Below are positions 40,267-50,247 of a stretch of DNA of 64,000 nt, piece after piece. Made by a program: the position numbers and the translations under genes. Origin of the DNA: Ignavibacteria bacterium (GTDB taxonomy: Bacteria > Bacteroidota > Ignavibacteria > Kapaibacteriales > UBA961); contig VGWD01000005.1 in assembly GCA_016873735.1 (NCBI GenBank), positions 1,929 to 65,928 on the forward strand, given 5' to 3'. How positions within the stretch are numbered: the first letter of the stretch is position 1; every line of letters starts with the position of its first letter. The notes under the pieces are model-generated. The model ran no database searches, had not been told where the DNA came from, and worked only from the letters and a program-made list of their open reading frames with translations.

Positions 40267-40341
40267 TGGGCGAAGAGGGATTTGAACCCCCGACATCCTG
40301 CTTGTAAGGCAGGCGCTCTGAACCAACTGAGCTATTCGCCC
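40267..40341 (-). tRNA. tRNA-Val (anticodon UAC)
   Basis: The reverse complement is GGGCGAATAGCTCAGTTGGTTCAGAGCGCCTGCCTTACAAGCAGGATGTCGGGGGTTCAAATCCCTCTTCGCCCA. It forms a 7-bp acceptor stem, has the anticodon loop CTTACAA and a T-arm GGTTCAAATCC. Confidence 0.85.
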
Positions 40342-40407
40342 CTCAAATAGAGGGTCGAAGATAGGGTATTTTCACAAAAAGACAAATCATTTTGATTGAA
40401 TTTGTCA

Positions 40408-40650
40408 TTAACGGACTGCTTCGATGCGCTTTAATGAAGGAATTCCAGCCAAAAGCCACCGTTCCACACCTGCTCTCAATGTCATTAATTGCATAGGGCA
40501 TTGTGCACATTGACCCAGAAAACGCACTTCAACAACGCCAATATCATCTTCATATCGAACAAACTCAATATCTCCACCATCCTTCTTTAGAGTGGGTCGT
40601 ATTTGTGAGAGAATGGATTGTATATGCTCTATGACATTATCGTTCTTCAT
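40408..40650 (-). CDS. NifU-like (Nfu) Fe-S cluster scaffold/carrier domain protein
   Basis: 'LKKDGGDIEFVRYEDDIGVVEVRFLGQCAQCPMQLMTL' is the Nfu CxxC domain. The start is taken at MKNDN. Confidence 0.7.
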   Translation of the reverse strand: MKNDNVIEHIQSILSQIRPTLKKDGGDIEFVRYEDDIGVVEVRFLGQCAQCPMQLMTLRAGVERWLLAGIPSLKRIEAVR

Positions 40651-40651
40651 C

Positions 40652-41740
40652 TTACAAAGTAATCGAGATGGTTTGAGAATTGCGTGCTGAATGTGCATTC
40701 TTACGAATAGTTGAAACTATCGAAGACGTGATGGAACGAATCACATCTCCTTGAGTCAAGTGTTCGGGGTTTAACACAACCGGAAATCCTGTGTCGCCAC
40801 CTACTCTTGTATCAATCGTGAGCGGAACTTCACCTAGAAAAGGTACGCCGGAATCCTTTGCCACTTGTTCGCCACCACCCTTGCCGAAAATATAGTATTG
40901 CTTTTCCTGAGCATCGGGAGGAATGAAATAGCTCATATTCTCAATCACGCCAAGAATGGTAACATTCACTTTCTTGAACATGCTGATGCTTCTTCGAACA
41001 TCAGATACTGAAATTTCCTGAGGAGTAGTGACAATCACAGCGCCATCCAAGGGGACTCTCTGTGTCAACGTCAATTGTATGTCTCCAGTACCCGGTGGAA
41101 GGTCGAATACAAGAAAATCCAGATCCCCCCATGCTATCTGATCCATCAAAGTTGTGAAATAACCTGCCAACATGGGGCCACGCATTATAGCCGCTTGATC
41201 ACGATCCATGATGAATCCGATTGAAGCTATCTTTACGCCATACTGTTCAATCGGATATCCTAATAATGCTCCAGATTCAGTTTTTTCGGCTTCCATTTGA
41301 GCTCCTGCAACTCCATACATGGTGGGTATGCTCGGACCATAAATATCCGCATCAAGTAATCCGACTGATGCACCTCTTTGAGCAAGGGAAGCGGCAAGAT
41401 TTGCAGCGATGGTAGATTTGCCAACACCTCCCTTACCTGAAGAAACAGCGATAAGGTGTTTCACTGTTGGTAGAACATTGGGATTTGTCATGCGTGGGAT
41501 CAATATTTCGCGGACAAAAATCTTGACTTCAAATCCTTCCGATATGGAAAGAATGCTATCTTTTATAGCATCTTCAATAATTTTTGCAATCCAATGTACA
41601 GGAGGGAATAATTCAATGTACACGGAAATTGTGTTTCCTTCAATCTCAATGGTTTTTATCGAATCGAGCTCTTGTAAATTGAGATTGAGATCCGGATCGA
41701 TTATATGCTCTATTGCTGCCTTGATTGTTTGTTCTGTCAT
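40652..41740 (-). CDS. apbC: Mrp/NBP35-family Fe-S cluster carrier ATPase (ApbC) with an N-terminal DUF59 domain
   Basis: The deviant Walker A 'SSGKGGVGKSTIAANLA' is present. The N-terminal 'IKAAIEHIIDPDLNLNLQELDSI' is the DUF59/MIP18 domain. Confidence 0.85.
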   Translation of the reverse strand: MTEQTIKAAIEHIIDPDLNLNLQELDSIKTIEIEGNTISVYIELFPPVHWIAKIIEDAIKDSILSISEGFEVKIFVREILIPRMTNPNVLPTVKHLIAVSSGKGGVGKSTIAANLAASLAQRGASVGLLDADIYGPSIPTMYGVAGAQMEAEKTESGALLGYPIEQYGVKIASIGFIMDRDQAAIMRGPMLAGYFTTLMDQIAWGDLDFLVFDLPPGTGDIQLTLTQRVPLDGAVIVTTPQEISVSDVRRSISMFKKVNVTILGVIENMSYFIPPDAQEKQYYIFGKGGGEQVAKDSGVPFLGEVPLTIDTRVGGDTGFPVVLNPEHLTQGDVIRSITSSIVSTIRKNAHSARNSQTISITL

Positions 41741-42150
41741 TTGTTTGATTGTCGAGGTTGGCAAAATTCCATTAACACGCCGCCTGTTGAACCGGGGTGA
41801 AGAAATGCAATGTGCATATCATGGGCACCAGGCACCGGAAATTCATTGATTAGTTTGATACCGTTTTCTTTGGCTTTTGATAAATCATCTGAGATTGAAT
41901 CAGAGGTGAATGCAATGTGATGAATGCCTTCGCCACGTTTATTGATGAAATTGGCAATTGGCGAATCATCAGAAATAGCCGCAGTTAATTCTATAAGGAT
42001 GCCATTCAAAGAGAATGAGGCAATTTTTACCTTCTGAGTTTCGACGGTTTCTTCATGGAAGTGCTCAATACCAAAAAGTGCGGAATATCTAGATTTGCTT
42101 GCTTCAAGATCTTTCACAGCAATGCCGATATGATTGATTGATGTAAGCAT
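41737..42150 (-). CDS. VOC-family enzyme, probably methylmalonyl-CoA epimerase
   Basis: It is 137 aa and begins 'INHIGIAVKDLEASKSRYSALFG'. It has a glyoxalase-like paired beta-alpha-beta-beta-beta fold. Confidence 0.55.
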   Translation of the reverse strand: MLTSINHIGIAVKDLEASKSRYSALFGIEHFHEETVETQKVKIASFSLNGILIELTAAISDDSPIANFINKRGEGIHHIAFTSDSISDDLSKAKENGIKLINEFPVPGAHDMHIAFLHPGSTGGVLMEFCQPRQSNK

Positions 42151-42911
42151 TATGATGAGTGTTTGGATGTGGATGAATAGACAGCTTCAGCTTGTTGGAG
42201 TTCGTCCAATGTATTGATTCCCATGAACTCGGATGAATTAAGAGACGGAATCACAGCAACTGCATGTCCTTGCTTGTGCAAATATCCAATAATGTCAGTC
42301 AGATAATATTCGCCTTGAACATTTGCATTTGAAATATTCGACAATACATCAAAGAGGTGTCTTGACTGAACGAGAAACATTCCTGTATTGATTTCTTGAA
42401 TCAATCGCTGTGCATCACTTGCATCTTTTTCTTCCATGATACCAATGAAATCACCGGCAGATGAACGTAAGATTCTTCCATATCCCTTTGGTTCATCGAG
42501 AAATGTGGAGACTGTAATTGCAATTGGAGCAGGTGATATGTCTTGTGCTTTATTCAATAGGTCTAACAATGTATGGGTACGGATCAGTGGAGTATCACCG
42601 GTTAAAATCAACACATACCCATCAAAATCTGATAGTCTTTCCGCAGTCTGCATTACAGCATGGCCGGTACCTAATTGCACCAATTGATATACAGGTTTTA
42701 TGCCCGGATACTGCTCGGATACATACTGTTCAACAATTTCTTTCTTATATCCAATTACAGGTAATATTTCTTTTGGCTGAAGGGGAATGATTGCATCCAA
42801 AACATGGCCGATCAGTGGTTTGCCACATAGTTCAGCCATGACTTTGGGTTTATCTGTTAACCCCATCCGAGTGCCCTTGCCTGCAGCAAGAATGATGATG
42901 ACTACATTCAT
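42150..42911 (-). CDS. Stand-alone GlmU-like N-terminal uridyltransferase (sugar-1-phosphate nucleotidyltransferase) domain protein
   Basis: 'ILAAGKGTRMG', 'QLGTGHAV', 'LTGDTPLI' and 'EYYLTDII' match the GlmU N-domain. It is only 253 aa with no left-handed beta-helix acetyltransferase domain. Its stop overlaps the next start (TAATG). Confidence 0.6.
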   Translation of the reverse strand: MNVVIIILAAGKGTRMGLTDKPKVMAELCGKPLIGHVLDAIIPLQPKEILPVIGYKKEIVEQYVSEQYPGIKPVYQLVQLGTGHAVMQTAERLSDFDGYVLILTGDTPLIRTHTLLDLLNKAQDISPAPIAITVSTFLDEPKGYGRILRSSAGDFIGIMEEKDASDAQRLIQEINTGMFLVQSRHLFDVLSNISNANVQGEYYLTDIIGYLHKQGHAVAVIPSLNSSEFMGINTLDELQQAEAVYSSTSKHSS

Positions 42912-42920
42912 GAATGTCGA

Positions 42921-43304
42921 TTATGATAAATAATTTTGTGGTTCTATAGAATGAAATCGGTCTACGATATCATTATTCTCATTAACCAAGACTATGGTTG
43001 GTTGATAAATGCGGGCTTCTTCATCAGACATGCTTGCATAACTGATGATAATAATGCGATCACCAACAACGCCTTTTCTTGCGGCAGCCCCATTCAAGCA
43101 AATGGTTTTGCTGCCTCGTTCACCGGGAATGATATAGGTTTCCAGACGTTCGCCATTGTTGATATTGACAATGGAAACTTTCTCATATGGCAATAAATCT
43201 GCAGCATCCATCAAATCCGTATCGATGGTAAGACTGCCTTCATAATGTAATTCCGCTTGAGTAATTGTCGCACGGTGTATTTTAGATTTAAACATTATGC
43301 GCTC
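42921..43304 (-). CDS. panD: Aspartate 1-decarboxylase
   Basis: '[25 protein letters not shown]' is present, with the Gly-Ser self-cleavage context. The length is about 125 aa. Confidence 0.85.
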   Translation of the reverse strand, partial: ERIMFKSKIHRATITQAELHYEGSLTIDTDLMDAADLLPYEKVSIVNINNGERLETYIIPGERGSKTICLNGAAARKGVVGDRIIIISYASMSDEEARIYQPTIVLVNENNDIVDRFHSIEPQNYLS

Positions 43305-43338
43305 CATTACGCAATCCTCATATTGAGTAAACAAGCAT

Positions 43339-45390
43339 TTAAAAACGTAGAAGCTGATGCAATCGTTCCTTGATCAATTCCTTCGTGGGTATAACAGCAT
43401 TCATCAAAGATTTGTTATAAGGTATTGGTATATCGGGGGTTGCAATTCGCATGACGGGTGCATCCAGAAATGAAAATGCATCTTCAGTGATCGTTGCTGA
43501 TATTTCAGCTCCGAAACCACCTGTCATACAATCTTCATGAATAATCATGCAATGTCCTGTCTTTCGAACAGATTGCAATACTGCCTCTCTGTCCCAAGGA
43601 CAGATAGTCCGCAAATCAATGATTTCCAAAGAATATTCTGACAACTCTTGTTGAATGTCGTTCACACGATACAGCATTTCTCCCCAAGTTACAATTGTTG
43701 CGTCTGTACCTTCCTTCACTATGTTTGCCTTACCGAAAGGTAATATGAAAGTATCACCCGGATAATCTCCTCTTCCGGAAAAAGTATCAAGAAGATTGCG
43801 ATGTTCCAAAAAAACTGTTGGATCATTTCCGCGTAATGCCGTTCTGAGTAATCCCACCGCATCGCGCACATTGCTTGGGAATGCTATTCTCCAGCCAATA
43901 GTGTGCGCAAATATAGCTTCGCCGGAAACGCTATGCCAAGGATCGCCGACTACTTTGCTGTGTCCAACAGGTATACGAACGACAATTGGACAAGAAAATC
44001 GATTATTGGTTCTCCACCTGACTGTTCCTGCATCATTGAACTGCTCCATTGCAGGGTCAAGATATTTACGGAATTGGATTTCGGGTACAGGTACCAAACC
44101 GGCGAATGCAAGGCCTATGGATCGACCTATGATTCCTTCCTCAGAGAGAGAAGTATCAAACACTCTGTCTGCCCCATGTTTGATTTGCAAATCCATTGTA
44201 GCACCATGCACTCCTCCTTTCATGCCGACATCCTCACCAAATACCACAACTCTTGGATTGACCATGAGTTCAGTGTCGAGTGTGGCGCGAATCCCTTTGA
44301 TCAACTCCATCCTGGTTTGAGGTTTTTCTTCAGAAAGAGGTAATAATCTCAACTGCTCCGGTAATGTTCCGCCAATTTCCTGACTAATGCCTTGATAGAA
44401 TACATGATCCTTTATGAAAGAACTATCTGGATTAGGCAGGGACAATGCATTCTCCAAAGATTGCCTCACTTCGCTTTCGCATTCTGCATACAGCCGTTCC
44501 CATTCTTTTTCGGAGAGAATCTTCTTCTTAATGCAAAAACGCTTTAGTGAATCCATAGGATCGCGTTCATTTTCTTGGAGTTTTTGTTGTTCAGTCTTAT
44601 ATGTTTGGGAATCTTTTCCTGAATGACCGCATAATCTCGGAACATCCAATCGTATGAGAACAGGAGAAATACGTTTTCTTGCATGTTGGACTGCATTGAA
44701 AATCAACTCAGCTGTTTCTTCCGGATTTGTTCCATCTCCTTCAAGAATAAGAAGATTGGAAAAAGCAGCAAGATTATGGGCAATGTTTCCACCGGGTGTT
44801 TGATAGTCGCCGGTTACGGAAATTCCATAGTGATTGTCTTCGATGAAAAAGATCATCGGATAATTTTGCGTGGTGGCAATCGTAAGTGCAGACCAGAATC
44901 CATTTGTGGCACATGAAGCATCACCTCCAAGTGCAACTGCTATTGATTCATTCCAATCTTGTTCCTCCAATACAGATGATCGATATACCGCTGCTTGCGC
45001 CCATCCAACTGCCGGTGTGAATTGCGCTCCAACATCACCACTTGCCGGCATTATGGTTACCCCTTTTCGAGGAGGTAGATGATGCACGACGCCAATGTCT
45101 CTTCCGCCATTCAAACTGCCTGTATTTGAGATTGGCCCTGCGAATGCTTCTTCAATGGTCATACCTGCGGCAAGCACAAATGGACGAGAACGATAGTACA
45201 CCGTGGCACCATCATGCGGATTGTTCATGTAGTGTGCCAGAATGATTTGACCGAGCTCATGCCCCCTGGCAGAAAATTGATAAAGAACCACTCCTTTTTC
45301 AGCCAATTCTAGCTCTTCAATAACATCGGTCAATCGGGATGTTATGAGGGTTTTTGCTATGCCGATCCAGTCTGATTTCGAGATATTCAT
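43339..45390 (-). CDS. Fused 2-oxoacid dehydrogenase E1 component (alpha + beta subunits in one polypeptide, ThDP-dependent)
   Basis: The N-terminal half has E1-alpha ThDP-binding motifs ('GGDAS.ATNG'). The C-terminal half has the E1-beta/transketolase-like Pyr domain ('[17 protein letters not shown]'). The length is 683 aa. Confidence 0.8.
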   Translation of the reverse strand: MNISKSDWIGIAKTLITSRLTDVIEELELAEKGVVLYQFSARGHELGQIILAHYMNNPHDGATVYYRSRPFVLAAGMTIEEAFAGPISNTGSLNGGRDIGVVHHLPPRKGVTIMPASGDVGAQFTPAVGWAQAAVYRSSVLEEQDWNESIAVALGGDASCATNGFWSALTIATTQNYPMIFFIEDNHYGISVTGDYQTPGGNIAHNLAAFSNLLILEGDGTNPEETAELIFNAVQHARKRISPVLIRLDVPRLCGHSGKDSQTYKTEQQKLQENERDPMDSLKRFCIKKKILSEKEWERLYAECESEVRQSLENALSLPNPDSSFIKDHVFYQGISQEIGGTLPEQLRLLPLSEEKPQTRMELIKGIRATLDTELMVNPRVVVFGEDVGMKGGVHGATMDLQIKHGADRVFDTSLSEEGIIGRSIGLAFAGLVPVPEIQFRKYLDPAMEQFNDAGTVRWRTNNRFSCPIVVRIPVGHSKVVGDPWHSVSGEAIFAHTIGWRIAFPSNVRDAVGLLRTALRGNDPTVFLEHRNLLDTFSGRGDYPGDTFILPFGKANIVKEGTDATIVTWGEMLYRVNDIQQELSEYSLEIIDLRTICPWDREAVLQSVRKTGHCMIIHEDCMTGGFGAEISATITEDAFSFLDAPVMRIATPDIPIPYNKSLMNAVIPTKELIKERLHQLLRF

Positions 45391-45529
45391 GCGAGAATCA
45401 ATAGTTTGCGTTCAAAACAGAGAATAAAATTACAAATACTACGCTTTTCTATGGGGCACTTATTACAAGAAAGTATGTGTTTATAATGATTAATCCGTGC
45501 GTATGGCGTTTCATTTCCCTAAATTTGTG

Positions 45530-45537
45530 AATATTAT
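45530..45537 (+). promoter_or_regulatory. Candidate -7 element TAAATTTG upstream of a T9SS-cargo gene
   Basis: It matches TAnnTTTG exactly and lies 39 nt upstream of the ATG at 45576. Confidence 0.35.
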
Positions 45538-45575
45538 GTCAATTGAAAGTTTCAACATAATCTGAGGTAATTACA

Positions 45576-46523
45576 ATGTTACATCGCCAATTTACTCGAA
45601 TATTGCTCGTATTTGCATTGTTTCTCTGCTTACAGGATTATGCCAATGCGCAACTCACTCAGCCATTTTTGATGAAAGAAGGGCTCCAATCAGTAAAAAA
45701 AGCAGCAGCAGATTCAGGCTGGAAAAGCCCGATTCTGACAACTGTGGTCACCATTGGAGATACTACCGGTATTGGAGGAGGCCTTTTGACGACTGCATTT
45801 GATATGAAAACAGGTCGTTCTCCGATTTGGATCTATATACTTGGAATTGAAGATGCAAGAGGGAATTCTGAAACAAAATTGTTGGCATATGTAAAATTGC
45901 CGTTTCTTGGTCTTCAACAATTTCCTTTGCCGGCAGATGCTGTGCCGGGAGATATTCCATTCCAGCCACAAGATTCCATTCCTACGGCATTGGTCATGAA
46001 TTCCGATGGAATTGTGAATAAGGTGAATGCAAATGCCACATATCAATCATTTATCAAAGAAAATCCAAAAGCGAAATCCGCTTTCATAGTTTTGTTCACA
46101 TCTCCATTAGATATTCCTGGAACCCCATTCACTACAGGTGCTCCTCTTTGGAATTTCAACTTTTCTGATCAAGCTGATTCATTGGCTCCTTCACTAACTT
46201 GTTTCGTGCACGGTGTAACAGGTGAAACCATTTGTATTGATGCACCATTCACTTCAATCAACGAGGAAAGCGATCAAATTGCTCATGCTTCATTGAAGAT
46301 TCATCCGATTCCGCAAGGAACTAATGGTATACTTCAGTTTTCAAACATGGATGCTGATCAATCAGTTTTTGTAGATGTGACTGATTTGATGGGAAGATCT
46401 GTGTATTCATCACAATCAAACGACAAATCTTTTATTACATTGCCGCTGCTTCCTGCAGGTGTCTACATTGCAAGGATTCAAGATGCGAGTGGTATTTCTT
46501 CACTACGATTTATTCAACAGTAA
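45576..46523 (+). CDS. Secreted protein with a T9SS C-terminal sorting domain, function unknown
   Basis: The signal peptide is MLHRQFTRILLVFALFLCLQDYANAQ. The C-terminal '...VDVTDLMGRSVYSSQSNDKSFITLPLLPAGVYIARIQDASGISSLRFIQQ' has the typical CTD pattern. Confidence 0.6.
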   Translation: MLHRQFTRILLVFALFLCLQDYANAQLTQPFLMKEGLQSVKKAAADSGWKSPILTTVVTIGDTTGIGGGLLTTAFDMKTGRSPIWIYILGIEDARGNSETKLLAYVKLPFLGLQQFPLPADAVPGDIPFQPQDSIPTALVMNSDGIVNKVNANATYQSFIKENPKAKSAFIVLFTSPLDIPGTPFTTGAPLWNFNFSDQADSLAPSLTCFVHGVTGETICIDAPFTSINEESDQIAHASLKIHPIPQGTNGILQFSNMDADQSVFVDVTDLMGRSVYSSQSNDKSFITLPLLPAGVYIARIQDASGISSLRFIQQ

Positions 46524-47825
46524 ATGTCTATATACGATATCACCAAACACCATGACCCTGAATTATTTGCCGCATTGCAAGGCGAATATACTCGTCAACT
46601 TGAAAAGATTGAATTAATTGCAAGTGAAAATTTCACTTCAAAGGCAGTAATGGAAATACAAGGATCTATTCTCACCAATAAATATGCCGAAGGGTATCCC
46701 GGAAAACGATATTATGGTGGATGCGAGTGGGTTGATGTAGCTGAAGATTTAGCACGTGATCGATTAAAGCAGTTATTTGGTGCGGAATATGTGAATGTTC
46801 AACCACATAGTGGAAGTGGCGCCAATATGGCTGTCTACTTTGTATATCTCAAACCCGGTGACACGGTACTGGGTATGGACTTATCACATGGTGGGCATCT
46901 TACACATGGATCACCTGTAAATTTTTCAGGAAAGTTCTATAATTTCATTCCCTATGGTCTGGACAAAGAAACAGGAAGAATCGATTATGATAAGGTTGAA
47001 GACCTTGCGAAAGAACATCGTCCGAAAATGATTACGGTTGGGGCTTCGGCATATTCCAGAAATATTGACTTCAAAGCATTCAGAACAATAGCTGATTCCG
47101 TTGGTGCATATCTCTTGGCTGATATTGCGCATCCTGCTGGATTGATCGCAAAAAGCCGCTTGGATAATCCCGTTCCATACTGTGATATCGTAACAAGTAC
47201 CACCCATAAAACACTCCGTGGCCCGCGTGGTGGAATAATCATGATGGGCTCCAATTATGAAAATCCTTTTGGAGCGGTTGCACCAAAATCGGGAAGGAAG
47301 AAACTCATGGGTGAGCTTCTTGATTCGATGGTTATGCCTGGTATTCAAGGCGGCCCTTTGATGCATGTTATTGCAGCAAAGGCAACTGCTTTCAAAGAAG
47401 CACTCTCTGACGAATTTGATACATATACCAAGCAGGTCGTAAGAAATGCCAAGAGCATGGCAAATTCACTTATTTCAATGGGGTATGATATCGTAAGTGG
47501 CGGAACGGATAATCACCTTATGCTCATTGATTTGCGAAATAAAGGCGTAACCGGCAAACAAGCTGAAATAGCATTGGACTCTGCCGGCATTACGTGCAAT
47601 AAAAATGCTGTTCCGTATGATACCCAACCACCATTGGTGACATCGGGCATTCGTCTTGGAGCAGCAGCGATGACTTCCAGGGGCTTTAATGAACATGATA
47701 TGAAGCAGATTGCTGGATTCATAGACATGGTCATTCAACATATCGATCAACCTGAAATTGCGGTAGATGTAAAGCAACAAGTCAAAGAATATTGCAAAGA
47801 TTTTCCTATTCATCCACAGATATAG
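46524..47825 (+). CDS. glyA: Serine hydroxymethyltransferase
   Basis: The PLP-lysine region is '[13 protein letters not shown]'. Homology extends over the full 433 aa. Confidence 0.95.
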   Translation: MSIYDITKHHDPELFAALQGEYTRQLEKIELIASENFTSKAVMEIQGSILTNKYAEGYPGKRYYGGCEWVDVAEDLARDRLKQLFGAEYVNVQPHSGSGANMAVYFVYLKPGDTVLGMDLSHGGHLTHGSPVNFSGKFYNFIPYGLDKETGRIDYDKVEDLAKEHRPKMITVGASAYSRNIDFKAFRTIADSVGAYLLADIAHPAGLIAKSRLDNPVPYCDIVTSTTHKTLRGPRGGIIMMGSNYENPFGAVAPKSGRKKLMGELLDSMVMPGIQGGPLMHVIAAKATAFKEALSDEFDTYTKQVVRNAKSMANSLISMGYDIVSGGTDNHLMLIDLRNKGVTGKQAEIALDSAGITCNKNAVPYDTQPPLVTSGIRLGAAAMTSRGFNEHDMKQIAGFIDMVIQHIDQPEIAVDVKQQVKEYCKDFPIHPQI

Positions 47826-47847
47826 AAACGTTCAACTATAAATGATA

Positions 47848-47884
47848 AAGCGGTTAGCCTCATAAAAGGTTAACCGCTTTTTTT
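47848..47884 (+). terminator. Intrinsic terminator after glyA
   Basis: The stem AGCGGTTA...TAACCGCT is followed by TTTTTTTG. Confidence 0.6.
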
Positions 47885-47955
47885 GTACTTTCTTTGCAAA
47901 TTTCATCGACAAATTGTAGTTTAGGCAAAAATCATACCACGATGCAAAGCAGCAA

Positions 47956-48552
47956 TTGCATCAGGCGTATCCACACAATTTTAACGCCATGATTCTTATA
48001 GATTCAATACTAATGGATGAAGCAATCATCCATGAGCATTTTTCATGTGATTTGCAGACTTGCAAAGGTGCTTGCTGTACGCTCAGAGGCGGGGAGGGAG
48101 CGCCATTGGACAAAAGGGAAATTCCGCTTATCAAAGAAGCAATTCCTTCGGTTCTTTCTTATCTCGATGATGAATCTATCCAAGTTCTCAAAAATGAATC
48201 ATGGATTGGTGGATCACCTGATGAACCTTTTGTGCAATGCATTGATGATGCTGATTGTGTGTTTGTATTTAGGGAGGGCGGTATTGCCAAATGTGGTCTG
48301 GAAATAGCATTCTTTGAAAAGAACACCACATTTAGGAAGCCCTTGTCATGTCATTTATTTCCCATTCGTATTCGAAATTTCGGTGGTGATTATCTTAGCT
48401 ATCAACCATTCGATGAATGCAAGCCGGCAATTGAGCATGGCAAAAAACAACAGAGTTTGGTTATACACTCGTTGCGTGAAGCCTTGATTCGTGCATATGG
48501 GGAGGACTGGTATGATCAAGCACAAGAATTCATGAGTCAGGAGGGCGCATAA
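47956..48552 (+). CDS. Cys-rich hypothetical protein (possibly DUF3109-like), translationally coupled to rpoN
   Basis: 'CDLQTCKGACC' and further Cys residues (C..C, CKP) suggest a metal-binding fold. Its stop overlaps the rpoN start. Confidence 0.35.
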   Translation: MHQAYPHNFNAMILIDSILMDEAIIHEHFSCDLQTCKGACCTLRGGEGAPLDKREIPLIKEAIPSVLSYLDDESIQVLKNESWIGGSPDEPFVQCIDDADCVFVFREGGIAKCGLEIAFFEKNTTFRKPLSCHLFPIRIRNFGGDYLSYQPFDECKPAIEHGKKQQSLVIHSLREALIRAYGEDWYDQAQEFMSQEGA

Positions 48553-50240
48553 TGCCGATGAAAGTTTCAATGAATTTGCAGACTTCGCTTCTGCAAACGC
48601 TTACACCACAACAAATTCAATATTTGAAGCTCTTGCAATTGCCAATTTTGCAATTGGAACAGCATGTACGTCAGGAAGTTGAACAGAATCCAATGCTTGA
48701 TGAGTCTTCAGAAGAAATGATTGCAATTGAAGAAGATTCAGATTTTGAACCGAATGAAAATTTATTGAGCACTGTCCCCAAAGATGTGATGGAGGGCAAT
48801 GACTATAATGACAATACCCATGATTATGATGAACCAGTTCCATTCGATGCAGAACATCATGATCCTTTCGATTTTTACGAATTGGCTTGGAATGAAACGA
48901 GGACACCCGAACAGGGTTCCGTTGATATAGATGATGAAGATGATTATGGGTACAATGAGCAAAGCGAGCAGACCACCTTCACTGATGATCTGATTGAACA
49001 AATAAATTTGCTCAATCTCAATGATCAGGAAAAACTCTTATGCTATACGATCATCGGCAATTTGGAGGATGATGGGTATTTACGTCGTTCCCTTGAAGAT
49101 TTGGTTGATGATGTCAATACTAGAATCTTGGAAGAAAATCATAAAGCACATAGAGAATATCTTCGCAGGCATAAACGTTTCTTGGAAGAGTCGATCAGGA
49201 AAAACTCCATGTCAAGTAATTCCTACTTCGACAATCTGGAGGAGGAAGATCCTGATCTTGCAATGGAGGAACCAATTGCCCCATCTCCTGTTGCATCTGT
49301 AACAATAGAAATGGCAGAGCAATCCCTGCACTATGTGCAACAACAAGAACCACCCGGTATAGCAGCAAGAGATCTTCGTGAATGCTTATTACTTCAATTG
49401 CATGCAAAAACCAATCCCGCTGATTCTGAAATACTGGCCACACATATATTGGAAAAGAGTTATGATGTATTCGTCATGAAACATTATACAGTATTGTGCA
49501 GACAATTTTCCATCAATGAAGATGAATTGAAGTCAGCCATTGATGCCATTCGCCGTTTGAATCCCAAACCCGGCGGAATGGGATTATCAATCGCAACCAC
49601 AAGCGTTATACCTGATTTTGTAATTTCAATCGATGATGATAGTGATGAAATCATGATTAATGTCAATGATATGCGTATCCCTCAGTTGAAGTTGAATAAA
49701 ATGTATGAAGATTTGAAAAAGGAAGCTCGATACCGTAAATACAATAAAGAAACAAAAGAATGGCTTCGAAAGAAATACGATGATGCAAAATTCCTGTTGC
49801 AAGCCATAAGGCAAAGAAAAAAGACAATGCTCAAAGTCATGACAGGAATAGCCGGTGCTCAAAAGGATTTCTTCAGATACGGAGAAAGTGCACTGAAACC
49901 ATTGATCTACAAAGATGTGGCAGATGTGACGGGGATGGATGTATCTACGATTTGCCGCATAGTCAATGGGAAATATGTTCAAACCGATTTCGGTACATAT
50001 GAATTAAGGTTTTTCTTTAGTGAATCATTACCGAGCGACGATGGCGAAGAGATATCAACAACTGTCATCAAACAAAAAATCAAAGACTTGATTGACAAAG
50101 AACCAAAACTCAAGCCACATAGTGATGACAAATTGATGTCCGAGCTCAAAAAACAAGGATTAAATGTTGCACGGAGAACAGTTGCGAAATATCGAGAGCA
50201 AATGAGAATTCCAGTTGCTCGACTTCGTAAAGAATTGTGA
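48552..50240 (+). CDS. rpoN: RNA polymerase sigma-54 factor
   Basis: Region I is 'LLQTLTPQQIQYLKLLQLPILQLEQHVRQEVEQNPML'. Region II is long and acidic. The C-terminal HTH and RpoN box are 'RRTVAKYREQMRIPVARLRK'. Confidence 0.9.
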   Translation: MPMKVSMNLQTSLLQTLTPQQIQYLKLLQLPILQLEQHVRQEVEQNPMLDESSEEMIAIEEDSDFEPNENLLSTVPKDVMEGNDYNDNTHDYDEPVPFDAEHHDPFDFYELAWNETRTPEQGSVDIDDEDDYGYNEQSEQTTFTDDLIEQINLLNLNDQEKLLCYTIIGNLEDDGYLRRSLEDLVDDVNTRILEENHKAHREYLRRHKRFLEESIRKNSMSSNSYFDNLEEEDPDLAMEEPIAPSPVASVTIEMAEQSLHYVQQQEPPGIAARDLRECLLLQLHAKTNPADSEILATHILEKSYDVFVMKHYTVLCRQFSINEDELKSAIDAIRRLNPKPGGMGLSIATTSVIPDFVISIDDDSDEIMINVNDMRIPQLKLNKMYEDLKKEARYRKYNKETKEWLRKKYDDAKFLLQAIRQRKKTMLKVMTGIAGAQKDFFRYGESALKPLIYKDVADVTGMDVSTICRIVNGKYVQTDFGTYELRFFFSESLPSDDGEEISTTVIKQKIKDLIDKEPKLKPHSDDKLMSELKKQGLNVARRTVAKYREQMRIPVARLRKEL

Positions 50241-50247
50241 TTATGTC

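Noticed and set aside
40262-40346. Integrative element adjacent to tRNA-Val.
   Set aside because: There is no integrase, no direct repeat of the tRNA 3' end and no atypical gene content on either side.
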